From contig OX597817.1 in NCBI GenBank assembly GCA_951406725.2, positions 92,814,001 through 92,878,000 on the forward strand: DNA of 64,000 bases, written 5' to 3'. Below are positions 38,772 to 53,052 of this stretch, in pieces. The notes under the pieces were generated by a model. It saw only the letters and a program-made list of their open reading frames with translations. It was not told where the DNA came from and did not search any database. This DNA is from Octopus vulgaris. Its lineage: Eukaryota. A program made the position numbers and the translations under genes. Every line of letters begins with the position of its first letter. Within the stretch, counting starts at the first letter, position 1.

Positions 38772-39419
38772 AGGTTTGGAGATGATGTACAGGTATTTCA
38801 TATTAGAAGAAATGAGGTACTCAGAAAATCGGATGGTTTATATTTACAGATATTCATTTGTATATTACATTTTTTTTACATCATATAACTTAGATCATGT
38901 ATGAGCGCTTTGTCCCATTCTAGTGGGGTTTTCAAATCAAACTAAGTTCCTGTGTGAAGAGTTTTGACCATTTTATAGTGGTATTGAGTTTGTAGTGGTG
39001 GGGAGGAATATAAGACAATAAAAGAGGGTGATGGATGAGGAGAAAGTGAGAGAGAGCATGTGTGTATGTGTGTGTGTGCGTGCGTGTGTGTGTGTGTGTT
39101 TTTGTATTTGGAATGAGTGCTAAAGAAAAAGAGGGGAAGGGAGAGGGAAGAAGAAGAAAATAATATTTTTGCTCTGCTGGACAGGATGCTGACTCCAAGG
39201 CGGGGTCTAAGATCTTGGGGAAAAATAATTTCAGTTTTGACCATTTCATAGTGTTATTAAGTGTGTGGTGGCGGGGAGGTAGACCATAAATTATATTTCT
39301 TTTTATCATTGTGAGAGAGAGTGTGTGTGTTTAATGAGGGATGGTCAAATGGTTTTTTGGGTTTAGAGAAGAAGAATTCAGTTTATGATTGTTTTGTTGA
39401 GGTGTGTGTGTGTGTGTGT

Positions 39420-39450
<31 letters not shown>

Positions 39451-40096
39451 GGTGTCTGTGAGTTTGGAGAAGGGAAGAGAGAGAAAAAAAAGGAAGGGGA
39501 AAAATTGTGTTGATATTTATACCACTATATATATATATACATACATATGCATAAAATATTAGAAAAAAACACATTTTATCAATTCAAAATGAAGAATTAA
39601 ATTACACCATCTAGAAAACTTTATATCATAGAAAAGTTAAAATTAAAATGACAATTAAAAAGTAAAGATTAAGTAAATTACAAAAATAATATAATGTATA
39701 TAATAAGTAATATATATATATATATACAAATACTAATTGTAAATTGAAAGATTTGTCCTTCAATGTATGATGAGTAAAATTTCATAAAGTCCATACTTGA
39801 AAAAGAGACTCTCCTGTGTTGAGGTTACAAATGACAGAATACAAACCGACAACTACTGAGTCTGTTGTCTGATCTTCAATTGATTTAGTCTAATATCTCA
39901 CAGATTAAATAGATATTAAGTTTTATCATACTTAATAGCAACTGGTTCCACAAATCAAAGTGAAATGGTTTCATTCAAATATTAGAATATCCTTTGTTCA
40001 ATGTTGTATTTTCCAAAAATCAAAGCATGTGTAGAACTGTGTGTGTGTGTGTTTAATATATATGTATATATATATATATTAATATGTATATATATG

Positions 40097-40138
<42 letters not shown>

Positions 40139-40190
40139 TATATATGCCTGTATATATATATGTATACATAGATATGTATATATAGATTTA

Positions 40191-40226
<36 letters not shown>

Positions 40227-40262
40227 CACACATATATATTCCTCAAACCTCCTGGGTTGACC

Positions 40263-41020
40263 GTTTATTTATTCATTTTATTAGATAGACATATTTTCCC
40301 GAAGCAGATTACTTTTGAATAACATTTGATTTCAATTCTAAAATTTATTTCATTAGATATATATAGATAAAATTCCATCCCCGATTTGCATTTTACACAT
40401 ATCTATACATGTATGTATATATATGTATCGATATGTGAGTTTATCAATCTATAAACACACATTTGCACACACACTTTCTATCACCACTCTCTCTTTCCAT
40501 CTCCCTCTCATTCTGACACTTTCTCTCTCACTACCTCTCTGTCCCTCCTCTGTATCAAAAAGTAAAAGCATCATCGAAAATTTACTATGGCTATTTCTCT
40601 TTGATTTAACTATCAATGTATTTATCTATCTACTTGTCAGCTCAGGTAGATAGAGAAATGCATCGACACATTATTAAATCAAAGAGAAATAACCATAGTA
40701 AATTTTCGATGCTACTTTCACTTTTCGATACAGAGGAGGGACAGAGAGGTAGTGAGAGAGAAAGTGTCAGAATGAGAGGGAGATGGAAAGAGAGTGGTGA
40801 TAGAAAGTGTGTGTGCAAATGTGTGTTTATAGATAGATAAACTCACATATCGATACATATATATACATACATGTATAGATATGTGTAAAATGCAAATCGG
40901 GGATGGGAATTTTATCTATATATATCTAATGAAACAAATTTTAGAATTGAAATCAAATGTTATTCAAAAGTAATCTGCTTCGGGAAAATATGTCTATCTA
41001 ATAAAATGAATAAATAAAAC
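40263..41020. repeat. About 760-bp near-perfect palindrome
   Basis: 40263-40610 is the reverse complement of 40672-41020 with scattered mismatches; the centre is an imperfect hairpin. Confidence 0.92.
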
Positions 41021-41429
41021 AAATTTTGAAATTGGAATAAAATGTTACTCAAAATGTGGAGTGTTGTTTTTCTTATCGTGGGTGCCACTGACTTACACGG
41101 ATGCGCGCGTCCAGAAACAAGGTGCAGTTGTCATGGTAACAAGCTGTTAATGCCTTGCTGTCTGTTTATGGGCTAAAATTACCCAAATTTTGAAATTTAG
41201 TTTCAAATAACATCAGAGTCTTAATTTACGAGATAACGTAATTACCTGAGAATAATCAAAATTCAGAACTGCATCGATACACCAAAACTGAAAACAATCT
41301 GAGCAAAATTAAAGGGGCTGATTTTGTGAGTGAAACGTAGAAGATCCGAATTGCCTATAACAGTCCATTTTTATCAAATTGTTCTTCATGTATTGTATAC
41401 ATTTTATCTTTTGTGCTTATACACTGCAT

Positions 41430-42732
41430 TTATCATGAACCGGTAACAAAAACTAGAAGCTTCTCGTGCAAGAATGAGGATCTACAGACAGAGGATAAGG
41501 GAAGAGCAGAGGCAGAAAATCCTTGAGAGACGGGCAACGCCAGCAGCTAAGACGAACGTCAATAGAAGGTGAACAACGCGAAGAACACTTGCAGCAAGAT
41601 AGAAAGAGACAACAAATAAGACGAGTAAGTATGAATGAGAAACAGCATACACAATACCAGGAGCAGCAGAGACACTTATCTCAGCAAAAGAGAGAGAATA
41701 TGAAAGAGGAACAGCGTGCACAGTACCAAGAGCAGTAGAAAATCGTATTTCAGCAAAGGGTAGCGAACATCAATCAGCATGACAGGGTTATTTATCAGCA
41801 AAACCAAAGGGGAAGTTATCGAGAAAGAGTTCAAAATATGAATGCTGGTGAAATTGACAATTTAAGGAGGCATCAGATACAGTGATAGTATGTGAAAAGA
41901 CATAGGCCAGTGCTGAACAATTTAACAGAGGAGAAATGGACATTATATGTGAATACTGTGGTGCGCTTAGGTTAGAAATGAAAATAACAGTTGTTGCCTC
42001 AATGGAAAAGTGAACGTACCTGCACTGCAACCATATCAAGAGACACTAAAAAATTTATCCGAGGGAATTGATCAAGAGTCTGTTTCATTCCGTAGAAATA
42101 TCAGAAATTACAATTGTACCTTCTCCTTTGCGTCATTTGGAGTCAAAATAGAAGCACCTCCAGAAAGGGTCCGTATTGCTTCTGCATTCAGGGCCAAACT
42201 AACCACACAATGACAAACCTGAATCCTGCTAATGATCAGCTGCAATACTGCCAGTTATACATCATTGATGCGGATGAAGCTCTGCAGCACAGGATGGATG
42301 CACCTCAAAATTCTGAGTGTTCCCCTGTTACTATGAGATAAATAAGTGATGTTATCCACCAAATTAATCCTTATGCAGAATTGTACAAGAACATGCATGC
42401 AGTTAATTAAGGAGAGGAGAGAGCCAGAAGAGACAATGTGCCAATCTGAAGATGTGCGTTACAATACATCTGAAGAAGGGAAAAGAATCAGAGTAATTCT
42501 TTCGCCAAAGGACTCAGACTGACTCCCGATCAATGAAAAAGTTGAGACAAATTTCAGCTAATTGCCGCACCTATTAAATAGTACATGTAAAGTTCTGACT
42601 CATGATTCTGCTGAGGCTGAGCGCTATCCACTTGAATTTTTAAGCTGTTTGACACCATCAGGAATGCCTCCTCATAAATTGAGTTTAAAACCTGGCTAAT
42701 AGTAATGCTTCTTCGTTACATTTCTATCTAGA
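41430..42732 (+). mobile_element. Internally deleted Helitron RepHel pseudogene
   Basis: Q/E/R-rich N-terminus, CEYCGAL..CCLNGKV, RNYNCTFSFASFG, GPYCFCIQGQ, QLYIID, INPYA, then a jump to helicase YPLEFLSCLTPSGMPPHKL. Confidence 0.85.
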
Positions 42733-42922
42733 ATGGATAGAAATGCTCTTCTACGCTCTTCTCCTGGCATTTCTTATCTCACACGATCTTCTCCACTGGA
42801 CTTCCTACCTATCTACCCTTTACAGATTCTCTTTTGGACATTTACCCTCCGGCTACACCTCTCCTACATACGGATCACTGTGAACTCTACTCTACTCCCT
42901 CTCTCTCTCTCTCTCTCTCTCT

Positions 42923-42971
<49 letters not shown>

Positions 42972-42976
<5 letters not shown>

Positions 42977-43842
42977 TAAATTAGAGATAAACCACTATTA
43001 GGCAAATCAAACTGAAAAACAGAAGCCAATACATAAAATTAATTTTAAAATATAAAAGTTAAAAATTAAAAAAATATTTAAATGATTTAAACGTATAAAT
43101 TATAAATATATATATATATATATACAAATATAAATATATATGTATATTTTTATATTTATATATTATTTTATTTATTATTAATAAATAAATGAATAAATTA
43201 ATAAATAAAATAATATATAAATATAAAAATATACATATATAGGCGCAGGAGTGGCTGTGTGGTAAGTAGCTTGTTTACTAACCACATGGTTCCGGGTTCA
43301 GTCCCACTGCGTGTCACCTTGGGCAAGTGTCTTCTACTATAGTCTCGGGCCGACCAAAGCCTTGTGAGTGGATTAGGTAGACGGAAACTGAAAGAAGCCC
43401 GTCGTATATATGTATATATATATATGCGTTTGTGTGTTTGTGCGTCTGTGTTTGTCCCCGTAGCATTGCTTGACAACCGATGCTGGTGTGTTTATGTCCC
43501 CGTTACTTAGCGGTTCGGCAAAAGAGACCGATAGAATAAGTACTGGGCTTACAAAAAAGAATAAGTCCCGGGGTCGATTTGCTCGATTAAAGGCGGTGCT
43601 CCAGCATGGCCGCAGTCAAATGACTGAAACAAGTAAAAGAGTAAAAGAGTAAAGAGAGAGTATATATATATATATATATATATATTTGTATACATATATA
43701 TTTATAATTTATAAGCTTAAATTATTTAAATAATTTTTTAATTTTTAACTTTTATATTTTAAAATTAATTTTATGTATTGGCTTCTGTTTTTCACTGTTT
43801 GATTTGCCTAATAGTGGTTTTATCTCTAATTTAATATAATAT
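42972..43842. repeat. Inverted PLE pLTR-end pair (42972-43110/43700-43842) enclosing a SINE
   Basis: attagagataaaaccactattaggcaaatcaaac.. and its reverse complement. Confidence 0.75.
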
Positions 43843-43922
43843 AATATAATATATTTATACTATAAAATTGGATTTAATCCTAAATCTAATTTTTCCCTGT
43901 AAGTTTGGATTTATTCCCGAAT

Positions 43923-43982
<60 letters not shown>

Positions 43983-44330
43983 TAAATTCCGCCTATACCT
44001 GATAATCTTATTTATATCTGTCCAGCTTCATATTACGAGTGCTAAGGAGGATAACTCCTGTACTTCTTTAGTTTTTATATTTTACTTTTTAGCTTTACTT
44101 TTTTTAAACTTTTACGTGTTCTCTTTGCTTCATTCTCAACTTTCCGCGTTTCTTCACTTATTCAAATTGTAGTTGGTTGTAACATGTGGTCTCTTCCTGA
44201 TGAATATGTCTGAGGTATTTCTCAAGAAATGAAACTACCAACATCACACATAAACACATATTCTGTCTATTAAATATATGTATATATATATATGTGTTTG
44301 TGTGTGTGTGTGTGTGTATTAAATATATGT

Positions 44331-44658
44331 TTATATAAGCTTAAAGCTCATGGCGATCACTGTGAAATGACTAAGGAAAATAGTCTAATAAAGGGGGATA
44401 TAAGCCCACGAGAGGAAACAAGGCTTTCCTCTCCGCATGGGAGTCGAAACCACATCCTTCTGTTAACGCAACTAAGTGCGTTACGTTTACACCAGCGAAT
44501 CAGTCACCTCATTTCTGTAATAGATCGTGTTTGTTTTTATGTAAACAAACTATGCTTTCGGTACGAATGTTTTTTTTTTTACTGTCGAGGATTTACATGC
44601 CCCTTTATTAGACTGGTTATCTAATATGGTTATCGCCATAAGCTTTAAGCTTATATAA
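44331..44658. mobile_element. MITE-like element with terminal and subterminal inverted repeats carrying a tRNA-like cassette
   Basis: TIR ttatataagcttaaagct(c/t)atggcgat; subterminal agtctaataaagggg/cccctttattagact; internal A and B boxes at 44430-44500 (-). Confidence 0.65.
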
Positions 44659-44725
44659 AAATACCATTATTATTATTTACTGGATTGTAAACTCGGCGTC
44701 GTATAAAAATCCATTCGCACCGGAA

Positions 44726-44884
<159 letters not shown>

Positions 44885-45519
44885 TATACATAAAGGTATG
44901 TATGTGTATGTATATATGTATATTTGTGTGTATGTGTGTGTATGTATATGAATATATACACATGTATGTTTATGCACGCTTCTGTATGTGTGTGTGTATG
45001 TGTATGTATATGTATGTGAGTCGTGAATATTTTAAAATCCATGAATTGAAATGTAAACAATAAAAAGGACAATATCTCCTTGACATTGAACAAAACCTTC
45101 AGTAGTTTAACGCCGTAAGAGGGAGAATCTTAACGTTTTGGATGTTAGACCTTCATCACAAGAAAGAGGACAGCATAAGGGGAGTGCGGAAGAAGAAAGG
45201 GGAATGATATTTAAAAAGTGAAGAAGGAAAAAACACGTGAGGGTGGCGAAAGAGAAAACTGTTTTATAGTGAGAGCTAAGAGAGGAGATGGGAGTGTTTA
45301 TTTGCAAGTTTGGGAGTGTATCAGAGAATGGGGATTGCATGCTTGAAGATTGGTGTATCTGGTTTTGTGGGTTTCGTGTATGCGTGTAGAAGTTTCAAAG
45401 AGCAAAACCATAGGCCTAAAGGTTGTGAGGTGTTGGTATGTGAGTGACTGTGTGTGTGTGCGTGTGTGTGAGTTAATACACACAAACTACTAAAATGCGA
45501 AAGACAAGATAAATCACTC

Positions 45520-46290
45520 AAGAGACTCCTAACAAATGCAAAACTATACTCAATAAAAATGATACCAACAGTTCAAAAATGTAGACAATCTAATTGTGGT
45601 ACATGCTCACACCTAACTGAAGGCTCGGAATTCACATTCCAGCAAGGACAAAACTTCTCAATTAAGACCAACTTCACACGTGCTTCCCAGAGTCATATAT
45701 ATGTCATAAACTTCTCAGGTTGTGGTTACAATTATGTGGGCCAAACGAGCCTTAATTTGAGACGCAGAGTCACGCTGCATGAAGAACAGATTCGTTTCCC
45801 TCAATACAGGCAAATAGCACTAAGCAACCATATTGACAGATGCGCAAGTAATAAAACGCTGAATTTTCATATCTTCCCATTATACCAATGCAAAGATTCA
45901 ATATCAGTACAAGAACGCCTAAACAAGGAAAACCTGATCATAAAAAAGTGCAGACTACACCTCAATATACAAATTTGAACATTAAAAAAAATTATACTAA
46001 GGAGCCAGTTGTTCCCTCTACCACTTGTTACTTCCCTTGTTTCACTCTCTAGACTCATTCCTACTTATTCTTCAAACATCCAAAGTGACGAAACCCCTCT
46101 GTCAAGATAATTGATTACTGTACAATGTCCCTTGAAAAGCTAATTTAAATAGCGAAAACCGGTTGGATTTCACAACATCCATATAATATGTATATATTTA
46201 TAAAAAGATATTAAACTATATGAAACGAAGGCATTTCTCTTCCACTTTTTAGATATTCTTTCTACATATTTTCGACACATAATTTTGCCA
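45520..46290 (+). mobile_element. Penelope-like (Neptune-type) 3' fragment: Cys linker plus GIY-YIG endonuclease and pLTR
   Basis: KCRQSNCGTC..FTRASQSHIYVI..CGYNYVGQT..LRRRVTLH..RLNKE..LN; variant hammerhead at 46128-46167. Confidence 0.85.
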
Positions 46291-46621
46291 CGTGCTGTAT
46301 ACTGAATCTTCAGTATCTTTACATTGTGTATATATATAATATTAAGGAGTATAACTCCAAACTTACAGGCAAAAATTCAGTTTAGTATTAAATCAAATTC
46401 ACAATATAAATATATAATATATATAAATGAGAGAAAAACCACTATTATATAATTCAAACAATGATAGACATAAACCATATTATATAGAAAAATGAAATAA
46501 ATTATAAAACATATAACTAGATCACAAAAAGTACAAAAAATGAATAAACAATATACAATAAGTAAAAAGACTACGTAAGTTTCGTGGCTATAATTTCAAT
46601 TCGAATTACAATTAGATTTAC

Positions 46622-47830
46622 ATCCTTCAAACGAGCTCACAACCTACGAAACCTCTTGGTCCACAGCTTCTTCCCTAACCCAACTTCCCAACCTAGCTCG
46701 TTCCCCTACTCCCGCCCACGCTGCCGCACTTATCCTTACCTCTCCAACACCACCCTCCTCACAGGCACCCATCATTGACCCTATCATATCACTGACTCCT
46801 TCACCTGCACTTCTAGTAACGTCATTTACTGCATTTCCTGCTCTCTTTCTTTCTGTCCTTCTCTATAAATCGGTTAAACGGGACGCCGCTTCGCTGACCG
46901 GTTCGCGGAACACCTCCGAGACATCCGTCTCGGCAACGACACGCCGGCCTCGCGCCATTTCCGCTCTATCGGTCACTCTTTACAACACCTGTCTGTGTTC
47001 AGGGGCCATCCGGACTGCAATCTTCGCTGTGAGCAGGGATTAATTTTCTCTCTTCGCTCCTCTACACCACATGGGCTCAACTCTCCTCCCCTCTTCATCT
47101 AACCCTCCTCCTCTCTCCTCTCTTCCTCTCACACTTACTTCCTCCCACCCACCTCTCCTCTCTTGCTCTGGCACATACTTCCTCTCTTCACTCCTACCCA
47201 CCTTCTCTCTTCCCTTCCACCCTCTCCCTTCATCGTCATCCCTCCCTCTTTACCCCACCCCTATATATTCCAACCCAAACATCCCTACACATCCCATCCC
47301 AACCCACTCCATCCCTTAGACCCCCACCCTTGCTTCCCTCACTCTCTCCTCTCCCACGCCCTAAAACCACCACAACACCACACACCACCACACACCACCA
47401 CACCACACCACCATACCACACTACATCACCCCACCCTGCACACAGTAGCACTGACCACTTCCCAGCACCTACACCATCATTCACACACCTACATATGCAC
47501 ACGTCAATGTCACCACCATCCTTCCACAGGTACATATACGCTCTCACATACACATGCACTGAACCTTCGTTTTGGGATCATCACAACTTTATTCTCTCCC
47601 ATTCTTCCTAGCTCTCCTGTGTGACCCCTCTGTCCGGCATTCGCCATGATAGATCGTTAGCCACTAAACCATTTTCTATTTTCTCTCCCTGTTTATTTTT
47701 GTGTTCCTTTCTGTCGAAGAGCGTATGCTCGAAACATAAAAGACTTTCTCACTTCCCGAGCGTTAAACTAATTCATATGTTTGTTGTTTACACAACAATC
47801 TTCGTTTTTTGTTTCTTTGCAAATTCTCAC
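46622..47830 (+). mobile_element. Second Neptune-type PLE 3' fragment (decayed GIY-YIG plus pyrimidine-rich pLTR)
   Basis: FKRAHNLRNLLVHS..RCRT..SFTCTSSNVIYCISC..IG*TGRRFADRFAEH..HF; pLTR end shared with 34250-34420. Confidence 0.85.
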
Positions 47831-47834
47831 TAAT

Positions 47835-48183
47835 AATTGGGTTACTTGGTTTTGTGAATAAATGCCTGAGTAACAATCTGGAAATGTGAGGGTATTCAGA
47901 AAAAGAAATCAACCAGCAAACTCGCACATTACGAATATAATCGGTAAGTTATCTGCATAAATTTACAAGACTTTCTCAAGTTTAGAACGTGAATTCACTT
48001 TTGTTATCTACCTACAAAAATTGGAAGTATGTATCCTTATTAGGAATCAGATCCTTCCTTACTAGAAATTTTCAAATAATTAGAAATTGACTATACAAAC
48101 ATATATGCGCGCGCGCACGCATACATACACAAACACTCACACATTCATATATATATACATGCATACATACATACATACATACA

Positions 48184-48217
<34 letters not shown>

Positions 48218-48283
48218 CATACATACATACATACATGCATGCATACATACATACATACATACATACATACATACATACATACA

Positions 48284-48315
<32 letters not shown>

Positions 48316-50315
48316 CACACACACACACACTCGAAGCGACTAGTTGCTTATTTGGCGTAGGAGGTTATTTATCGAAAATACGATGAATACTATCTCCAAC
48401 TTTGAAGCCACAACTATCTGCCTTGTTAAATGACTGGTTAATCTTCAGATAAATTCACTCAGAACGCTTTTGTTTCAATATTGTGAGTTACCAATCAAAC
48501 TTGAATTTACCATGAGAGGTACTACAAAAAGTATGGCTTGGCATATCAACAACAACACAACTGAGAAACAGAACGAAAACAATAGCTCAGCACTAAACAG
48601 ACTCTTTGTAGTTATAAATATAGAAGACACTGTAACTACTAAACACATTTTTCATGAATTGAATACTTCTTTATTTAAATGTTATAAAGAGCAAATAAAA
48701 AGAAACTATCTTGTATATATGAATAGATTCAAATCATACAGGGACGATCTGCACCCAGAAGTAAATCATATTTTTGCAAAACCATCACGTCAACAAGCAA
48801 TATTTGGGGAACATAGAAATGCAACTTTATTAAAAAAGATCTGAAATGAACCTTCTCCCAATCAGCATAAACAAAAACGTGAACAATGTTAGAACATCTG
48901 GTTCCACAGTTAGCGATGTCCCAACAAATACTATACTGCCTGCTAGTCAAACCACATTGCACACTAAAATAACTGACTACTTTTCCTCTGTTAGGATTAT
49001 GGTAAATAGCAGGTATAACGGCAACGATCATTGTAGTAGAAATCAGGGTGATATATCGGTGAAATATGTCCTTAGTAAAATACTTTCAGTTTAAAGTATT
49101 CTCTCGAGGACAGAGTATTCTCCAACAAAGTAAGAAAATGAGCAACAGACACGGTATTAACAGTTTTTAATGAAAGTGGAGAGGAATATTTACAGCAGAG
49201 TACTGAAGCCTTATTCTGGCAGATAACGTCTTGTCTGTATGCCTACTGTCGCAAAGCAAAACATGAACGACACTTAAAGAGTAAAGGAAATCGAAACAAC
49301 GAGGAGAGCGCCATCATGGATTTGGAAGAGAGAAAAATATAGTTAATTTACGGAAGACTATCAGGGATATGCCGACCAATTGTTGATAAATAAAGCTGTA
49401 ATGTCAGAGGTGCGGGAACATAGAAGGAACGTTTACATGTGCCTGGACTACGAGAAAGCCTTTGACAGTCCCCCACTCATGGATGCTACAAGCCCTTCTA
49501 CTTGCTAAAGTTAAGGTGAGCACAGTCAAAGCCAAAGCTGACATGGCTTCATCGTGGGTCACCATCTTAAAGTTAAATATAACGAGTGATTGTATTATCA
49601 CTAATAGAATACAGCATCGCAGAAGTACTATATTCTAGGGGACAGCTTCTCTGTGATGCTATTTATGCTTTCTGTAAACTTGTCATTCATGTTAAGGAAG
49701 TATGAAAGATATCTCCATGTTTCACAAGGAAACAGAAACACTAAAATTAAACAGTTTCTTTGCGCATAACTTGAAATTGAATGCCAAGAACATGCATGAG
49801 ATGGAAAAGAGCCTTGACCTGGTTACAACATTCTCAAATGATATATAGGGCTGGAGCTTGGTTAAGATAAATGTTGCTATATGATTGTGCAAAAGGGCAA
49901 AATTGTAAACCCGTCTAGCAACATCTCCATCAATGACTTAACTGTTTCCTCTATATCTGATGAGGAATGTCACAAGTATCTAGGGGAGGGGGTGAAAACA
50001 TATTTTATGATGGCACCTGCAACAAGACACGTGTCACTAAAGAATATTACAGACGAATAAAGAAAATTTGGTTCTCAAAACTCTCTGCATTCAATAAAAC
50101 AGTGGCCCACTGGTGGGTTTGCAAAACCCGGAAATTACTAATCAGAACACATAATTTCCTCGTCACCAGCGACGTAGACTGTTTCTGTCCGAAACGGAAA
50201 CAAGTAAGCTGAGTCTGACCTTCGATCCATCATGAATTTTAATGCCGTATCATATCCTTTCGGCAACATCTTTTAACCATCAAGTGCCGACATGCATCCC
50301 TTCAACTGTGCCTAC
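47835..50315 (+). mobile_element. Decayed RLE-type LINE fragments
   Basis: Broken RT motifs CLDYEKAFDS..HSWMLQAL, LGDSFSVMLFMLSVN, HKYLG; 47835-47900 matches 13955-14005. Confidence 0.6.
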
Positions 50316-50929
50316 ATGAAGCTAAAGTACTGAATATCATACATACATATGTATATACATTGACATATACATTGATGCATACATATATATATGAATACAT
50401 TCATGAATACAGTCTTACATTCATACGTGCAAGCATATCTTCGTACATACATACCTACATTCATACCTACATACCCTATTTCACGGAATGACATCGATTC
50501 ATTGTTCTTATAAAGCAGCACGAATGTGGCCTTTCACTTCTACGAGCACTCCTATACACTTTTGCATAGACTGGGTATGATGAGCACAGCTTGAAGCGGT
50601 GCTTACCATAAATGCTCATACACACGTTTTCATTCCATCATGGAATTATTCTTAATGCATACAAAGTGACAGGCATTACTCCACAGATCTCTGTCCCCGA
50701 GAGAGATGTCTAAACGAAGACAAGCAGTCTTTTACTCCATGCTGTTGGATGGGCATTCGCTCTCTTGATTTCATGTTATTTTATATATTTTATGATTTGT
50801 CCTGCAAGCTGTCTAACGAAAACCACTTTCCTCACCAAGCATATGAATACATACATACATGCATACATACAAATATGCAATTGTGCATATATGCATGCAT
50901 CTACGCTTGCATTTTAAGACACTTCACCC

Positions 50930-51013
50930 AACTTCCTCTGACAATTCACTAGTGTTATTATGCGCACACACGTATAAACACATTAAAGCACACACACTCA
51001 TACTCATAATCGC

Positions 51014-51098
<85 letters not shown>

Positions 51099-51540
51099 GT
51101 CACACACCAACACCTCACAACACCTACTAACCTACAGACCTACGCTTTTGCCGTTGGAAACTTCTACACACATACAGAACCCACAAAACCAGATACACAA
51201 CTCTTCAAACTTGCCATCTCCATTCTCTGATACACTTTCAGCTTGCAAATAAATACTCCCACATCCACCCTTCTTAACTCTCGCTATAAAACGTTATTCT
51301 CTTTCGAAACTCTCCGGTGTTTTTTCCCTTTCTCACTTTTTTATATCACTACCCGTTCCCCTTCCTTACTTCCCTTACGCTGTCCTCTTTCTACTGATGA
51401 AGGTCAAACATCCAAAACGTTAAGAATCTCCCCATTACAGAGTTAGACTACTGGAGTATTTGCTCAACAATGTCAAGTACATATTGTCTTTTTTATTGTT
51501 TTCTTTTCAATTCATGGAATTTAAAATGTTTACAACTCAC
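50930..51540 (+). mobile_element. PLE-type pLTR repeat; diverged inverted copy at 44990-45490
   Basis: Colinear similarity; CTGATGA aggtc..tcc AAAA cg TT aaga degenerate hammerhead at 51390-51425. Confidence 0.6.
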
Positions 51541-51568
51541 ACACATACAGAGATACTTGCATACATAC

Positions 51569-51599
<31 letters not shown>

Positions 51600-52390
51600 C
51601 ATATATAAAATTGATAAATAAATAAAACATATGCGTATATACATACATATATGTACGTACCTACCTCTACATGTATATATACATGCATATATGGGTACAG
51701 GGCACCAAAAAAACATCGAACACAATGAGAAACGAAAACATAAACACAAAATCAAGGAAATGGACATTTTTTTAAACAACGAAAAAAATAGAGTACAGGA
51801 CATACAAAACAAGGAAAATTCCTCTTCTTCAGTCGCCTTAGATTCATCTACTCCACGTTTCGAAGGTCAAGGCGATACATGCCTTCAATGAAAATTTCCC
51901 TCCCGCGAAAATCAAATTAAATAAAATTTGAGATTTTTTTGCGGAGGGGTAAAAATGGTAACAAAAACAGGATAGTAGGGACAGTACAAAATATAAATAG
52001 TAAAGGACAGGACACGGAGAATAACAGTAACACAAACAAGAACAAACAAGTTAAGCCAAACGAGATAAAAAAATTTTACGAACGCTATTTTTTGAGACGG
52101 CAAGGAATAACAGATTTACCGTCTCTACTTGGAGGAAGTCAGGAGAAGAAAGACAGAGATAGCCATCTCATCACGTGACCGCGACGGGAGGGAGGAGGAG
52201 GAGAGAAAGGGAGAGAAAAAAGGGGAATGGTTGTAGAGAAAAGAATGAAGAATGAGAGAGAGAGGGAGAGACAGTAAGGTAGAAGAAAAGGAAAGCCAAA
52301 AGAATGAAGGTTGAGAAAGGGAGGGGGAGAGAGAAAGGTTAAGAGTGCGCATCATTATATATATATACATATACATATATATATACATGC

Positions 52391-52463
<73 letters not shown>

Positions 52464-52479
52464 CATATTTATGTATATA

Positions 52480-52863
52480 CTAGCAGTATCACCCGGCGTT
52501 GCTCGGGTTTGTAAGGGAAATAACTATAAAGCATTTTTAGAGAGTTATAGCCAAAAAATAGCAAAAAAATGGAAAAAAAATTATGGTAAATTTTTTTTTG
52601 TGAGTTAAAAGGTCGAGTTGCGTCCCCTAGACAGTCTGTCGTTTGTGTTTCTCATTCTCGACCCCATGTCGAATTTATCGATTTTTTTCAGAACTGGGGG
52701 AACTTTTCAAAATTTTCGCTGCGTTAGTTTTGAATTATGACATTGGGCTATGTGTGTATCAAGTTTCATCAGAATCGGTTGAAAGCCGTGGTCAGGGTGA
52801 GGGTACAACCAAACAGACACACAGAAACACACACAGACAAACTGCCGTTTATATAGAGAGAGA
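52480..52863 (-). mobile_element. Complete non-autonomous Helitron (about 384 bp)
   Basis: 5' A|TCTCTC..TATATAAACGGCAG with gtctgt repeats; 3' hairpin cccg-agcaacgc-cggg then CTAG|T. Confidence 0.8.
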
Positions 52864-53014
52864 TATTTATATATGTGTGTGTGTTATATATGTATATATA
52901 TATATATATACCGGAGTAAACACATAAATGTGAAACAAGGTGGAAAAAAGAGTACTCAAATACCAGTGGTAGAGTAATATGCTTTATTTTAAGCAGCAGA
53001 AAATTCAACAAAAT

Positions 53015-53052
53015 CTGTTACTCTGAGTTTCTCGTTGCCGTTCATCAGACAG
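53015..53052 (-). ncRNA. Minimal type I hammerhead ribozyme
   Basis: ctgt CTGATGA acg gcaa cga GAAA ctc a gag TA acag. Confidence 0.7.

Noticed and set aside
51820-51870. GAAACG and CTGAAGA on the minus strand
   Set aside because: Order and pairing do not give a closed three-way junction by eye.
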